The notes under the pieces were generated by a model. That model did not search any database, was not told where the DNA came from, and saw only the letters and a list, made by a program, of their open reading frames with translations. DNA of 64,000 nucleotides from Bacillales bacterium (GTDB lineage Bacteria; Bacillota; Bacilli; Alicyclobacillales; SLC66). Position numbers and translations under genes: made by a program. The stretch is from positions 997 to 64,996 of the forward strand of contig DAHWJX010000085.1 of assembly GCA_027343965.1 (NCBI GenBank), in the 5' to 3' direction. Shown here piece after piece: positions 48,254 through 57,981 of this stretch; the stretch's first letter is position 1; the number at the start of each line of letters is the position of its first letter.

Positions 48254-49714
48254 TTGATTCGCAAGATGCTGTTACATGCTGTTGTATCGATTGCCACTAT
48301 GCTGTTTGTCTTTTTAGTGTCTCCTAAAGCGTTTGCTGGAGACACTGATTCTGCACGAAATTATCTCAGTACGATTGTCTCCTGCCTATCCACCATTTTT
48401 GCTTTAAGTATATCGATCACTTTAGTAGCGATTCAATTGACCGCGACTAGGTATACTCATCGTGTGCTCGATTTGTTTATCAAATTTCCTTACAATATAT
48501 CACTAGCGCTATTTTATCTTGTGACGATTATTCAAAGTTTATTTTTACTGTCACGAATCACGGATCCAATTCACCAAACCTTACCCAATTATTTACAACC
48601 ACAAATGAACGCCGATATCGTCCTCGTCGTTTTATGTTTTGGCATTTTGATTCTTTATATGATTTCGATTATGCAAATGTTAAAGCCCGAACGTATTGTC
48701 GCCGCCATTGAACAGGAGTTTTTGTTTGCGATTCGAAAAGGCCGTGAGCGAGATGCGCTGACGAAAGTGGAACAGATTTGTGATATTGCTAAGCGAGCAG
48801 CGGTGGATCTTGATTCAACCACAGGCATGATCGCGTTGCAGACGCTTCAAGATATCGTTACGAAAGGCACGAAAGAAACGCGCAATTCGGTAACCAACCA
48901 ATTTGTTGAAATCGCCACGATCGCCGCCAAAGAGCGAGAGGCAGGTATGTTAAGTGCCGTGCTCAGTAATTTGACGGAACTAGGCAAAGACGCTTTATCG
49001 CAGGGACGAATTCAAGACGCTCGTGATGTGGTCCATGCGTTAGAGCGAGTCGTTCGCACGGGCCTCATTGGGCAGCAATTGTTTCACTTTATCGAAGCTA
49101 CTGTGGCGTCACTTTACGGGTTGGCCGAGTCCGCGCTAGCTGACGATCGATCGACACAACATACCGATCATATCCTTTTTGCAGAGCGTACCTTTGTAGC
49201 GATTTGTGCCATCGGTCAAGAAGTATTAGTGCGAGAAACGGCAGGATCCGCTTACGTGGGGCGAGCGATTTTAGCCGATCAATTTGGACACTTGCTACAA
49301 GCCCACCTGTATCGTGATCAAGATAAGGGACGAGAGGGAACTTGGAGGCTTATCAAAGAGTATCTGTCTTTAGCCAAGATGATGATGGAGCAAGCTCATC
49401 TGCGAGATTTGGCGCCGGTTACGGTATGGCTAAAAGGTGCGCAACACGCCGACGATCATCCACCGGAGTTGGACGAGTTGCTCATGCTGATCGTTGTCTT
49501 GCTTGCTTCACTTGCTTTGTATGCAGGACGCAAAGATATGGAACAATTCATTTTTCGCGTGTTATATGCGCACTATGCTTTATCAGGGGCAGCACAACAG
49601 ATCCTGCTTCTGCGTGAACCTTTGTTGCATCCTTTGTTTGATTACATGGATGTATCTGCTCAACTGGCAAAAACGCTCGAAAATTGGCGTGCCTTACGTA
49701 CGGCGGCTGGTTGA
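48254..49714 (+). CDS. Membrane protein with 4 N-terminal TM helices and a roughly 330-aa helical soluble domain (DUF2254-like, tentative)
   Basis: SISITLVAIQLTATRYTHRVLDLF resembles the conserved DUF2254 TM2 region. Start uncertain (TTG 48254 or ATG 48266). Confidence 0.55.
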   Translation: MIRKMLLHAVVSIATMLFVFLVSPKAFAGDTDSARNYLSTIVSCLSTIFALSISITLVAIQLTATRYTHRVLDLFIKFPYNISLALFYLVTIIQSLFLLSRITDPIHQTLPNYLQPQMNADIVLVVLCFGILILYMISIMQMLKPERIVAAIEQEFLFAIRKGRERDALTKVEQICDIAKRAAVDLDSTTGMIALQTLQDIVTKGTKETRNSVTNQFVEIATIAAKEREAGMLSAVLSNLTELGKDALSQGRIQDARDVVHALERVVRTGLIGQQLFHFIEATVASLYGLAESALADDRSTQHTDHILFAERTFVAICAIGQEVLVRETAGSAYVGRAILADQFGHLLQAHLYRDQDKGREGTWRLIKEYLSLAKMMMEQAHLRDLAPVTVWLKGAQHADDHPPELDELLMLIVVLLASLALYAGRKDMEQFIFRVLYAHYALSGAAQQILLLREPLLHPLFDYMDVSAQLAKTLENWRALRTAAG

Positions 49715-51430
49715 GGTGCGTGTTTGGAGCAAAGTATCAAGCTTGGCTTCTACGATCGTGACTTGCATAGTTTGTTGACCTGTAAAAAGAATAAATCCTG
49801 GACGTGCTTTATTCGGTTTCCACAGATTCTTAATCGGTACGTAATCCACTGCGATTTTGGATGAATCACGTTGGCGGCTAAAATAGGCCGCGAGCATTCC
49901 AGCTTCAAGCAACGTCGACTCAGGAGGATTCGGGTGTTCAATGATGACGTGTGAACCTGGTGCATCTTTGACATGCAACCAAATATCTGTTTTGCGTGCT
50001 ACTTTGAGCGAGATCATGTCATTTTCCTGATTGTTTTTACCAACCATAATTGAAATATCATCACTTGACACGTAGCGTGTCGGCGTAAATTTCTTTTCCA
50101 TCACTATTTTTTTCTTTGACACAACAACTTGTTTGCGCAGATACCCCACCAATCGCAATTCTGCTTCAATGGCAGGAAGGTCTTCGACATGACACGTTTC
50201 CAATTCGTGAAGCACCGAATCAAGATAGACCAATTCCTCTTTAGCGAGTGCTAGCTGTTCTTGTGTAATACCGATACCTTTTTTGTATTTTGCGTAACGC
50301 TTAAAGTAGGCATTGGCGTTTTCAAGCGGTGTTAAAGCTGGATTTAGCGCAATACATAGTGGTGTCTCTTCATTGTAAAAATTGGGTAGCCATACTTCTG
50401 TTTGCCCTTTTTGCGCAACGTATAAGTAGGCCGTTAGCAATTCACCTGAGATGCGCCATTGCTCGGCGTCTTTGGAAGCAGCCAATAATTGTTCGAACTT
50501 ATCGATTTTCAGGGCCGCTTTGTCGCGCTCTGTACGAATGAGTCGCAGATAGGCTCCTGCTTTTGCATGAGCAATGTCGCGTAACGCACGCGCTGTGTAG
50601 TAAAGATCGATACAATCATTCACTGAGGGCCTAATTTGTGCTTTAAGACCGGTATGCAAAGTTTCAAATAAATAAAATGCAGACATTTCTCCTCTTTGAT
50701 CAACCATCACAGCGGGGTGTTGACTTTGTTGGCACCACGTAAGAAGTTGTGAAAATACGGTCCATTCTTCATTTGCTTGCAGGCGACAAGCCACTTCCTT
50801 ACCAAAAAACGGACTAATCCCCAGGTAGTGTTGTACGAGGAATTTTTCAATCGATGTTGCTTTTTGAAGGGCGCGTTTTTCAAGGAACCCTTCGCGCGTT
50901 TCTAAAAAGGGATCGCTTTTATCTTGTACTGGTGGATAGACATACGGGCGTCCTGGAAGAATTTCACGAAACCGATTGACACGTGATGTAACATGCGAAA
51001 TGGCATCGATGATGATACCATCAGCGGCGTTCAAGAGCAGTAAATTGCTGTGTTTACCCATAATTTCAAGAACGAGACGACGCAAGGCGGGCTCGCCAAG
51101 TTCATCCCGTCCTTCAACATCAATAAAGAGAATCCTTTCGCGGCGGAATTGACTTATGCGCTCGATCCGTGCACCTTCTAGGTGTTTACGCATTAACATG
51201 CAAAACATGGGCGCTATAGCAGGGTTTTGCGTTGCAAAACGCGTCGTGATATGGGCACGCGGGTACGATTTGTTAGCGCAAAGCAATAGTTTGTACGTCG
51301 TACGTCCATTACGCACGGTTAGTACGATATCGTGATCGGTTGGTTGCTGTATTTTATCGATTCTTGCGCCTGTTAAAAGCGCAGACATTTCATTTGTGGC
51401 AGCGGATAAGACAAGTCCATCATAAGCCAT
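49694..51430 (-). CDS. rqcH: Ribosome quality control factor RqcH (NFACT family; FbpA/YloA)
   Basis: MAYDGLVLSAATNEMSALLTGARIDKIQQP N-terminus, central coiled coil, C-terminal NFACT-R (GKNNQENDMISLKVARKTDIWLHVKDAPGSHVII). Confidence 0.92.
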   Translation of the reverse strand: MAYDGLVLSAATNEMSALLTGARIDKIQQPTDHDIVLTVRNGRTTYKLLLCANKSYPRAHITTRFATQNPAIAPMFCMLMRKHLEGARIERISQFRRERILFIDVEGRDELGEPALRRLVLEIMGKHSNLLLLNAADGIIIDAISHVTSRVNRFREILPGRPYVYPPVQDKSDPFLETREGFLEKRALQKATSIEKFLVQHYLGISPFFGKEVACRLQANEEWTVFSQLLTWCQQSQHPAVMVDQRGEMSAFYLFETLHTGLKAQIRPSVNDCIDLYYTARALRDIAHAKAGAYLRLIRTERDKAALKIDKFEQLLAASKDAEQWRISGELLTAYLYVAQKGQTEVWLPNFYNEETPLCIALNPALTPLENANAYFKRYAKYKKGIGITQEQLALAKEELVYLDSVLHELETCHVEDLPAIEAELRLVGYLRKQVVVSKKKIVMEKKFTPTRYVSSDDISIMVGKNNQENDMISLKVARKTDIWLHVKDAPGSHVIIEHPNPPESTLLEAGMLAAYFSRQRDSSKIAVDYVPIKNLWKPNKARPGFILFTGQQTMQVTIVEAKLDTLLQTRTSTSRRT

Positions 51431-52364
51431 CTGTTTCTACCTCCAACAACTGATCTACCGTGAAACGCTCAATTTTATCATTCACTTGTACCGTATAAAT
51501 GGAACGTCGATTATGACGATCATGACGGTTAACGATCACACCACGCTTGCGCCACGGAAGCACGATGACGCTAGATCCTGGTTGTAAGAACGTCTGGTCG
51601 ATCACATCGCGTTTACCTTGATCAAAGTGGGTGATCACATCGGTTTCCCCTGCGACGCGAATGACGTTACCCGTGATAAATTGCGATTTTTCATCAACTA
51701 AAAATGAAATCATATGAGCCAGATCGGCACCTATGGGCGTACGTAAAGGTCGAATAAAGTCGTCTTCACAAAAATCAGCTTCTTTATCTTTGCCGCGAAT
51801 GTCACCTGGACAGATCATATTGGCGGTAATTCCATTTTCTTGCTCCTCAAGTGCAATGGTGCGAGTTAAGGATGCGAGACCTACTTTGGCCGCGGCGTAC
51901 GCAGAACGGTAGACCCAACCAGGGGCTTGCTCTACGCGATCAAAACCGACGGTGATGATGCGGCCAAAACCGAGCGGGCGCATCAAGGGGATGGTTCGTT
52001 TAAAGAGATGGAATGCAGAGGATAAGTTTCCAGCTATCATATGATCCCATTCAAGGACACTATACTCTGTTAATCGCTTGCGTTGAAAAACAAACGGTCC
52101 AGCGCTATGTACGACGGTGTCAACAGCACCACATTGTTGTTCGATCTCATTCATCATGTTGTCAATATCAAGGGCATTGGTCATATCAGCTTGTACGGTG
52201 AGAACAGAGATGGCAAATTCATCGTGCAATTGGGACGCTAACGCTTCGCATCGCGCTTTTGAGGTTCGATAATTCAGGATGATCGTAAATCCTTGCGCTG
52301 CTAGTTTGCGCGCAAAGGCAACAGCTAAACCACTTGCGCTACCTGTGATTAAAGCTTTACGCAT
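51420..52364 (-). CDS. Short-chain dehydrogenase/reductase with a roughly 70-aa C-terminal extension of unknown fold
   Basis: ATG 52364 after AAGGGAG. ALITGSASGLA, HSAG and YAAAK SDR motifs. The SDR fold ends near FITGNVIRVAG, followed by LQPGSSVIVLPWRKRGVIVNRHDRHNRRSIYTVQVNDKIERFTVDQLLEV. The stop overlaps the rqcH start. Confidence 0.8.
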   Translation of the reverse strand: MRKALITGSASGLAVAFARKLAAQGFTIILNYRTSKARCEALASQLHDEFAISVLTVQADMTNALDIDNMMNEIEQQCGAVDTVVHSAGPFVFQRKRLTEYSVLEWDHMIAGNLSSAFHLFKRTIPLMRPLGFGRIITVGFDRVEQAPGWVYRSAYAAAKVGLASLTRTIALEEQENGITANMICPGDIRGKDKEADFCEDDFIRPLRTPIGADLAHMISFLVDEKSQFITGNVIRVAGETDVITHFDQGKRDVIDQTFLQPGSSVIVLPWRKRGVIVNRHDRHNRRSIYTVQVNDKIERFTVDQLLEVETDGL

Positions 52365-52498
52365 CAAGGATTCACTCCCTTTCAATAAGGTGTCAATCAT
52401 AGTATAGCAAATGCAGGGCTACAAAAAATCAATGTCCTAGAAGACCTTTCTGACGCATAGCCTGTACAAAGATCATGGATGTGGGGAAGGTGTAATGA

Positions 52499-55180
52499 TT
52501 GACAAAGGAACTTTTGTGGCACACGCTTTCTAAAGATGAGGTTCTTGCTACGTTAGGCACAGATAAAAATGGTTTGCTGTCACAAGATATCCCACTAAGG
52601 CAACAAATCCATGGTGAAAATCGTCTCCTCGAACCAAATCGCATTTCCTTCCTTAGCGTGTTTTTTGAGCAGTTTCGTAATTTCATGGTGATTGTTTTGC
52701 TGGCTGCGACGCTTATCTCAGGTTTACTTGGTGAATTTACTGACGCTGTAACGATCATGATCATTGTGTTTGCCAATGCCTTGTTAGGATTCTTTCAACA
52801 AGTCAAAGCAGAACGATCCTTGCAATCGTTGCGTGAATTGACGGCGCCAGTTGCTCGTGTGCTGCGCGATCACACTTGGCACGAGATCCCAGCCAAAGAA
52901 CTTGTTCCAGGCGATGTAATCGGCCTTTCAGCGGGAGATCGTGTGCCTGCTGATTGCCGATCGCTTGAAGTCAGTGAATTGCAGGTTGAAGAATCAGCAC
53001 TCACGGGAGAATCCATCCCATCTGTGAAAAAAGTGGCAGCGGTTAGTGATCCCTCGGCGGCGCTTGGTGATCGTGTGAATATGTTGTACATGGGTACGAT
53101 GACGACGCGCGGTGTGGGTGAGGCCGTAGTCGTGGCTACCGGGATGAATACGGAGATGGGGCGTATCGCAAACCTTATCCAGTCCAGTGAAAATTCCACG
53201 ACACCACTAGAAGATAGGCTCACGCAATTAGGTCAAATTCTCGTGTATCTTTCGCTTGCCATTACTTTCATTGTGGTTGTGGCTGGCGTCATTCATGGCC
53301 ATGCCATCTATGAAATGTTTCTAGCCGGCGTCAGCTTGGCGGTGGCGGCGATTCCAGAGGGTTTACCTGCTATTGTGACGATCGCCTTAGCCCTTGGCGT
53401 ACAGCGGATGATCAAGCGCAAAGCGATCGTGCGTAAATTGCCGTCCGTGGAAACATTGGGTTGTGCCACCGTGATTTGTTCGGATAAAACAGGTACCTTG
53501 ACAAAAAATCAGATGACAGTGAAAGAAATTTTTATCGATTCGCGATCTTTGATGGTTGAAGGAGATGGATATCAACCTCTTGGTCGAGTTTTGGCAGGGG
53601 GTATACCTGTTAAAGAAAACGATCCAGCGTTGTCCCTTTTGGTGCGCATTGGCGTGACCTGCAATAATGCTTCTTTGACCGATGAACACGGGCAGATTAT
53701 GGCTTTGGGTGATCCTACGGAAGCGGCGTTATTAACTTTGGGCCGGAAAGTAATGAACTTCCCTCCTGATGCGCGTATGTACGAACTGCCTTTTGATTCG
53801 GACAGAAAACGCATGTCTGTCATTGTGAAACAAGATGATGGTTTGCAATTATGGGTTAAGGGTGCGCCTGATTTGCTTCTTGAACGTTCTACGCAGGTGA
53901 TGATGAATGGACGTATCGAGGTCATGACGAAGGCTCACCGAGAACTTATTCTCAAAAAACTCTCGGATATGACCGATCGGGCATTGCGTACGCTCGGATT
54001 TGCGTATAAGAGGGTCCATCAATATGAAGGTGACACGGACCGCATGGAAAGAGATTTGGTCTTTGTGGGATTCGTGGGTATCACCGATCCACCGCGGTCT
54101 GAAGTCAAACAGGCAATCGCTGAATGTAGCACCGCTGGCATCAGAACTATCATGATTACAGGCGATCACAAAGGGACGGCTGAAGCGATCGCCCGGGATT
54201 TGGGGATTTTGCTGCGAGACGGTGAGGTGATCACAGGGGCTGAGCTTGATACCATGACGGATCGTATGTTGCAAGATCGTGTGAACAATGTCTATGTCTT
54301 TGCACGCGTCTCCCCTTTGCATAAACTTCGCATCGTGCGTGCGCTTCAACAAAATGGTCATGTGGTAGCCATGACTGGTGATGGAGTTAATGATGCACCG
54401 GCAATCAAAGCGGCCGATATTGGCATTGCTATGGGGAAAACAGGGACTGATGTAGCTAAAGACGCTTCCGCTCTAATCCTTGCCGATGATAATTTTGCTA
54501 CGATTGTAGCCGCAATTGAAGAAGGAAGAGGGATTTACGATAATATTCGAAAGTTTATTCGCTATTTGCTAGCTTCTAATGTCGGCGAAATTGTCACGAT
54601 GTTTTTAGCGATGGTCGCTGGTCTGCCTTTACCTTTGTTACCCATTCAAATTTTGTGGGTCAACTTGGTGACCGACGGGTTGCCAGCAATTGCTCTTGGC
54701 GTGGATGATATGGAAGAAGACACGATGCGAAGACCACCGCGTGATGTGCGTGAAGGAATATTTGCCAGGGGGCTTGGGCGCAAAATCATCACGCGGGGAT
54801 TTTTGATCGGGTTTATGACACTTTCCGTATTTTATGGTGCATTACAGGTTAAGGTGCCTTTAGAAACAGCGCAGACAATGGCTTTTTCGACGCTCGTGAT
54901 GGCACAACTGATTCATGTCTTTGACTGCCGCTCAGTGTATTATGGCATCATTGAACGAGGTATCTTTGGCAATCTGTGGCTTGTCTTTGCTGTACTCAGT
55001 TCCTTGCTGTTGCTACTTGCGGTGATTTATATTCCGCCATTGCGACCGATCTTTCATACGCGTGTTTTGTCCTTCTTGGAGTGGGGGATTATTCTTGCCG
55101 CAGGAGCCATACCGACTTTTGCGGTGCAAGCGAGACGTACGGCAAAAAAGGGGATTATGCGGTCACTTGCAGCCCGTTAA
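52499..55180 (+). CDS. yloB: P-type Ca2+-transporting ATPase (P2A; YloB-like)
   Basis: TTG 8 nt after [34 protein letters not shown] and the PEGLP TM4 motif. 893 aa. Confidence 0.93.
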   Translation: MTKELLWHTLSKDEVLATLGTDKNGLLSQDIPLRQQIHGENRLLEPNRISFLSVFFEQFRNFMVIVLLAATLISGLLGEFTDAVTIMIIVFANALLGFFQQVKAERSLQSLRELTAPVARVLRDHTWHEIPAKELVPGDVIGLSAGDRVPADCRSLEVSELQVEESALTGESIPSVKKVAAVSDPSAALGDRVNMLYMGTMTTRGVGEAVVVATGMNTEMGRIANLIQSSENSTTPLEDRLTQLGQILVYLSLAITFIVVVAGVIHGHAIYEMFLAGVSLAVAAIPEGLPAIVTIALALGVQRMIKRKAIVRKLPSVETLGCATVICSDKTGTLTKNQMTVKEIFIDSRSLMVEGDGYQPLGRVLAGGIPVKENDPALSLLVRIGVTCNNASLTDEHGQIMALGDPTEAALLTLGRKVMNFPPDARMYELPFDSDRKRMSVIVKQDDGLQLWVKGAPDLLLERSTQVMMNGRIEVMTKAHRELILKKLSDMTDRALRTLGFAYKRVHQYEGDTDRMERDLVFVGFVGITDPPRSEVKQAIAECSTAGIRTIMITGDHKGTAEAIARDLGILLRDGEVITGAELDTMTDRMLQDRVNNVYVFARVSPLHKLRIVRALQQNGHVVAMTGDGVNDAPAIKAADIGIAMGKTGTDVAKDASALILADDNFATIVAAIEEGRGIYDNIRKFIRYLLASNVGEIVTMFLAMVAGLPLPLLPIQILWVNLVTDGLPAIALGVDDMEEDTMRRPPRDVREGIFARGLGRKIITRGFLIGFMTLSVFYGALQVKVPLETAQTMAFSTLVMAQLIHVFDCRSVYYGIIERGIFGNLWLVFAVLSSLLLLLAVIYIPPLRPIFHTRVLSFLEWGIILAAGAIPTFAVQARRTAKKGIMRSLAAR

Positions 55181-55191
55181 ACGGTTTTTGC

Positions 55192-55220
55192 TTGTTCCCT
55201 GTCGTATCATAGGTTAGAAT
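55192..55220 (+). promoter_or_regulatory. Possible sigma-A promoter for the yicC-remA-rpoZ group
   Basis: TTGTTC, a 17-nt spacer, then TAGAAT. Confidence 0.35.
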
Positions 55221-55262
55221 ACGCTTGTGAGAGGTTCGGAGGGATCGAAACTGCTGACAAGT

Positions 55263-56138
55263 ATGACAGGCTATGGACGGGCACAAACGAAACTACCTCG
55301 AGGCACAGTTGTCGTTGAGATGAAGTCAGTCAACCATCGCTATGTGGAGGTGGTGCCTCGTTTTCCACGCGAATTTTTTGCGCTTGAAGATGAGGTGCGA
55401 AAGCTGATACTTGACCAGGTTTCTCGTGGCCGTATCGAAGTCTATCTCTACGTGTCAGAAGGCGTTTTAGTTAGAGATCGCACTGTTTATGTTGATGAGC
55501 CGTTGTTGCAGGCAGCCATCTCGCTTTTAAAGCGCGTATCAACAGATGCCCATGTCGATTTCGAACCGCCAAGCACCGGGGATTTGTTGTCGATTCCCGG
55601 ATTATTTGTCGCGAGCGACTCTGCTCCTTCGGTTGAGGAAGTTACGGAAATCGTCATGGATACAGCAAAGCGTTGTTTAGAAGAGCTGCGTTTTATGCGT
55701 GAAGCAGAGGGACGGAGTTTGCTCCAACACTTGCGTGAGCGGTTGGATGATTTGCAGCAATTATCTGAGGCTATGCGTGATGTAGCACATCACAGCGTGA
55801 GTCGGTATCGCGAAAAGTTGATGAAAAAACTGGAGCAGGTTATGAGCGACAACAACTTGGATGCGAGCCGTATCGCTGTTGAGGTTGCTATGGTGGCAGA
55901 ACGGACATCGGTTGAAGAAGAGTTGCGCCGATTTGTAAGTCATGTTACGCAATTTGATGACTTGTTGCTGTCTCCAAAAGGTGTGGTTGGACGACGCCTT
56001 GACTTTTTGCTTCAGGAAATGAATAGAGAAGTCAACACCATGGGTGCTAAATGTGATGACTTGCCGATGGTGGAAGCGGTGCTTTCTGCCAAACACATTT
56101 TGGAACAAATGCGCGAACAAGTCCAAAATGTTGAGTGA
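55263..56138 (+). CDS. yloC: YicC/YloC family stress-induced endoribonuclease-like protein
   Basis: MTGYGRA N-terminus and a C-terminal DFLLQEMNREVNTMGAK motif. Confidence 0.9.
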   Translation: MTGYGRAQTKLPRGTVVVEMKSVNHRYVEVVPRFPREFFALEDEVRKLILDQVSRGRIEVYLYVSEGVLVRDRTVYVDEPLLQAAISLLKRVSTDAHVDFEPPSTGDLLSIPGLFVASDSAPSVEEVTEIVMDTAKRCLEELRFMREAEGRSLLQHLRERLDDLQQLSEAMRDVAHHSVSRYREKLMKKLEQVMSDNNLDASRIAVEVAMVAERTSVEEELRRFVSHVTQFDDLLLSPKGVVGRRLDFLLQEMNREVNTMGAKCDDLPMVEAVLSAKHILEQMREQVQNVE

Positions 56139-56162
56139 TGTCCTTTGTGGGAGTGGGATACC

Positions 56163-56432
56163 GTGAGCGTACGGCTCATTAATGTCGGGTTTGGTAGTAT
56201 CGTAGCAGCCAATCGAATTATTGCTATCATCAGTCCTGAATCAGCTCCCATCAAGCGAATGATTCAAGAGGCGCGTGACAATCAGCGCCTTATCGATGCG
56301 ACATTTGGAAGGCGAACGCGAGCTGTTATTATTTGCGACAGCGATCACGTGATCCTAGCTGCTGTTCAACCGGAAACTGTAGCTAATCGCTTGAATTTGA
56401 AAGAGACGTCGCGTGATGACGATGAGGAATAA
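56163..56432 (+). CDS. remA: Extracellular-matrix/biofilm regulator RemA (DUF370; YlzA)
   Basis: GTG start. [52 protein letters not shown]. Confidence 0.92.
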   Translation: MSVRLINVGFGSIVAANRIIAIISPESAPIKRMIQEARDNQRLIDATFGRRTRAVIICDSDHVILAAVQPETVANRLNLKETSRDDDEE

Positions 56433-56462
56433 AATGAGTTTGTGGGCGGAGGTAATCCATCA

Positions 56463-56672
56463 GTGATCTTGTATCCAAGCATTGATAAATTAGGCGGATT
56501 AGTCGACAGCAAGTATACGTTGGTCATCGCTGCATCAAAGCGTGCGAGAAGTTTGCAAGAAGGTGCTCCTGCGCATGCTGTAGCTCGATCAGGCAAATTG
56601 GTCAGCGTTGCGTTGCTCGAACTGGAACAAGGCATCATTACGTACGTGAGAATGAAAGATACGACAAAATAA
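56463..56672 (+). CDS. rpoZ: DNA-directed RNA polymerase subunit omega
   Basis: GTG after GGCGGAGG. ILYPSIDKLGGLVDSKYTLVIAASKRARSL. Confidence 0.9.
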   Translation: MILYPSIDKLGGLVDSKYTLVIAASKRARSLQEGAPAHAVARSGKLVSVALLELEQGIITYVRMKDTTK

Positions 56673-56693
56673 GTGTGTGATAGAAAAAAACCT

Positions 56694-56724
56694 ACAATGG
56701 AACAGCCTATGGTTGTTCCATTGT
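56694..56724 (+). terminator. Perfect 11-bp hairpin after rpoZ (terminator/attenuator-like; weak T tract)
   Basis: acaatggaaca ... tgttccattgt, followed only by ttgactt. Confidence 0.4.
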
Positions 56725-56751
56725 TTGACTTATGAAAAAGGCGGCGACAAC

Positions 56752-57981
56752 GTGGTGCAAAAGTCGATTATTCTTGGCATCAGTGGTGGTATTGCTGCGT
56801 ATAAGGCAGCAGGACTGGCGAGCCTTTTGGTGAAGCAAGGATTTACCGTACAGACGGTAATGACAAAAGCTGCGACAGAATTTATCACACCACTGACGCT
56901 GCAGTCATTAACGAAACGGCCTGTATACGTCGATGTGCTTACAGAACAGGATCCTACACGAATTTCCCATGTGGCTTTGGCCGATCAGGCGGACGCGATT
57001 ATTATCGCACCAGCCACCGCAGATGTAATTGCGCGTATAGCTCACGGCCTCGCTGACGATATGTTGACATCGCTGTTGCTTGTAGCCCGTTGCCCGGTCA
57101 TTGTCGCGCCATCGATGAATGTGCATATGTACGAGCATCCTTTAGTGCAAAAAAATTTGCAAGTGCTGCGAGAGCTAGGCTATATCATTGCAGAGCCCGA
57201 TGAAGGCATGCTTGCCTGCGGCTACGAAGGTAAGGGCAGGTTACTTGAGCCAAGCGATCTTGCCCATATACTCGCGTTTGCTTTGTCTCCTAAACCGCTT
57301 CTGGGAAAAAAGGTGCTTGTGACAGCAGGTCCAACCAAGGAACGTGTGGATCCTGTTCGCTATGTTACCAATGATTCAACGGGCACAATGGGTTATGCTC
57401 TTGCTCGTTGCGCTTGGAAAATGGGAGCTACAGTCACGCTTTTATCGGGACCCGTCAACCTCACCCCTGGCGTTGGCCTTGATGTCGTTTCCGTGAGTAG
57501 TGCACTTCATTTGCAAGAGGAAGTTGAAAAACGTATCGCACAGGCTGATATGTTTATCATGACCGCAGCTGTCGCTGATTATCGACCGCAAACAAGATAT
57601 GATTATAAATGGAAAAAGACGGATGACGTAGATACTATAACGTGGACGATGGTTCGTAATCCGGATATTTTAGTTTCGCTAAAAGGGAAGTACAAGCCCG
57701 GCGCATATGCTATAGGTTTCGCCGCAGAAACACACGATGTTGCTCATTTTGCACGCAAGAAGTTAAAGGATAAAGGTGTTGATCTGCTCGTCGTAAACAA
57801 TGTCTTGGAAGATGGTGCGGGCTTTGGCACAGCGACTAACCGAGTCGATTTGTATTTCAAAGACGGACGAACAGAAGCTTTACCTTTAGCCTCAAAAATG
57901 GATGTAGCTACCATGATTCTTCATCGAGCGGTGATCGGTATGGGTTTGGTTGATGTTGATAATGAAGGAACGCATGCATGA
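56752..57981 (+). CDS. coaBC: Bifunctional phosphopantothenoylcysteine decarboxylase / synthetase CoaBC
   Basis: GTG 56752. ILGISGGIAAYKA flavoprotein N-terminus, PAMN-like SMNVHMY, and a CoaB half (VTAGPTKERVDPVRYVTNDSTG). Confidence 0.92.
   Translation: MVQKSIILGISGGIAAYKAAGLASLLVKQGFTVQTVMTKAATEFITPLTLQSLTKRPVYVDVLTEQDPTRISHVALADQADAIIIAPATADVIARIAHGLADDMLTSLLLVARCPVIVAPSMNVHMYEHPLVQKNLQVLRELGYIIAEPDEGMLACGYEGKGRLLEPSDLAHILAFALSPKPLLGKKVLVTAGPTKERVDPVRYVTNDSTGTMGYALARCAWKMGATVTLLSGPVNLTPGVGLDVVSVSSALHLQEEVEKRIAQADMFIMTAAVADYRPQTRYDYKWKKTDDVDTITWTMVRNPDILVSLKGKYKPGAYAIGFAAETHDVAHFARKKLKDKGVDLLVVNNVLEDGAGFGTATNRVDLYFKDGRTEALPLASKMDVATMILHRAVIGMGLVDVDNEGTHA

Noticed and set aside
52429-52776. 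115-aa reverse ORF across the SDR / Ca-ATPase divergent promoter region.
   Set aside because: It is antisense to the ATPase N-terminus, which has the canonical [15 protein letters not shown] start and a good RBS. It has no RBS of its own.
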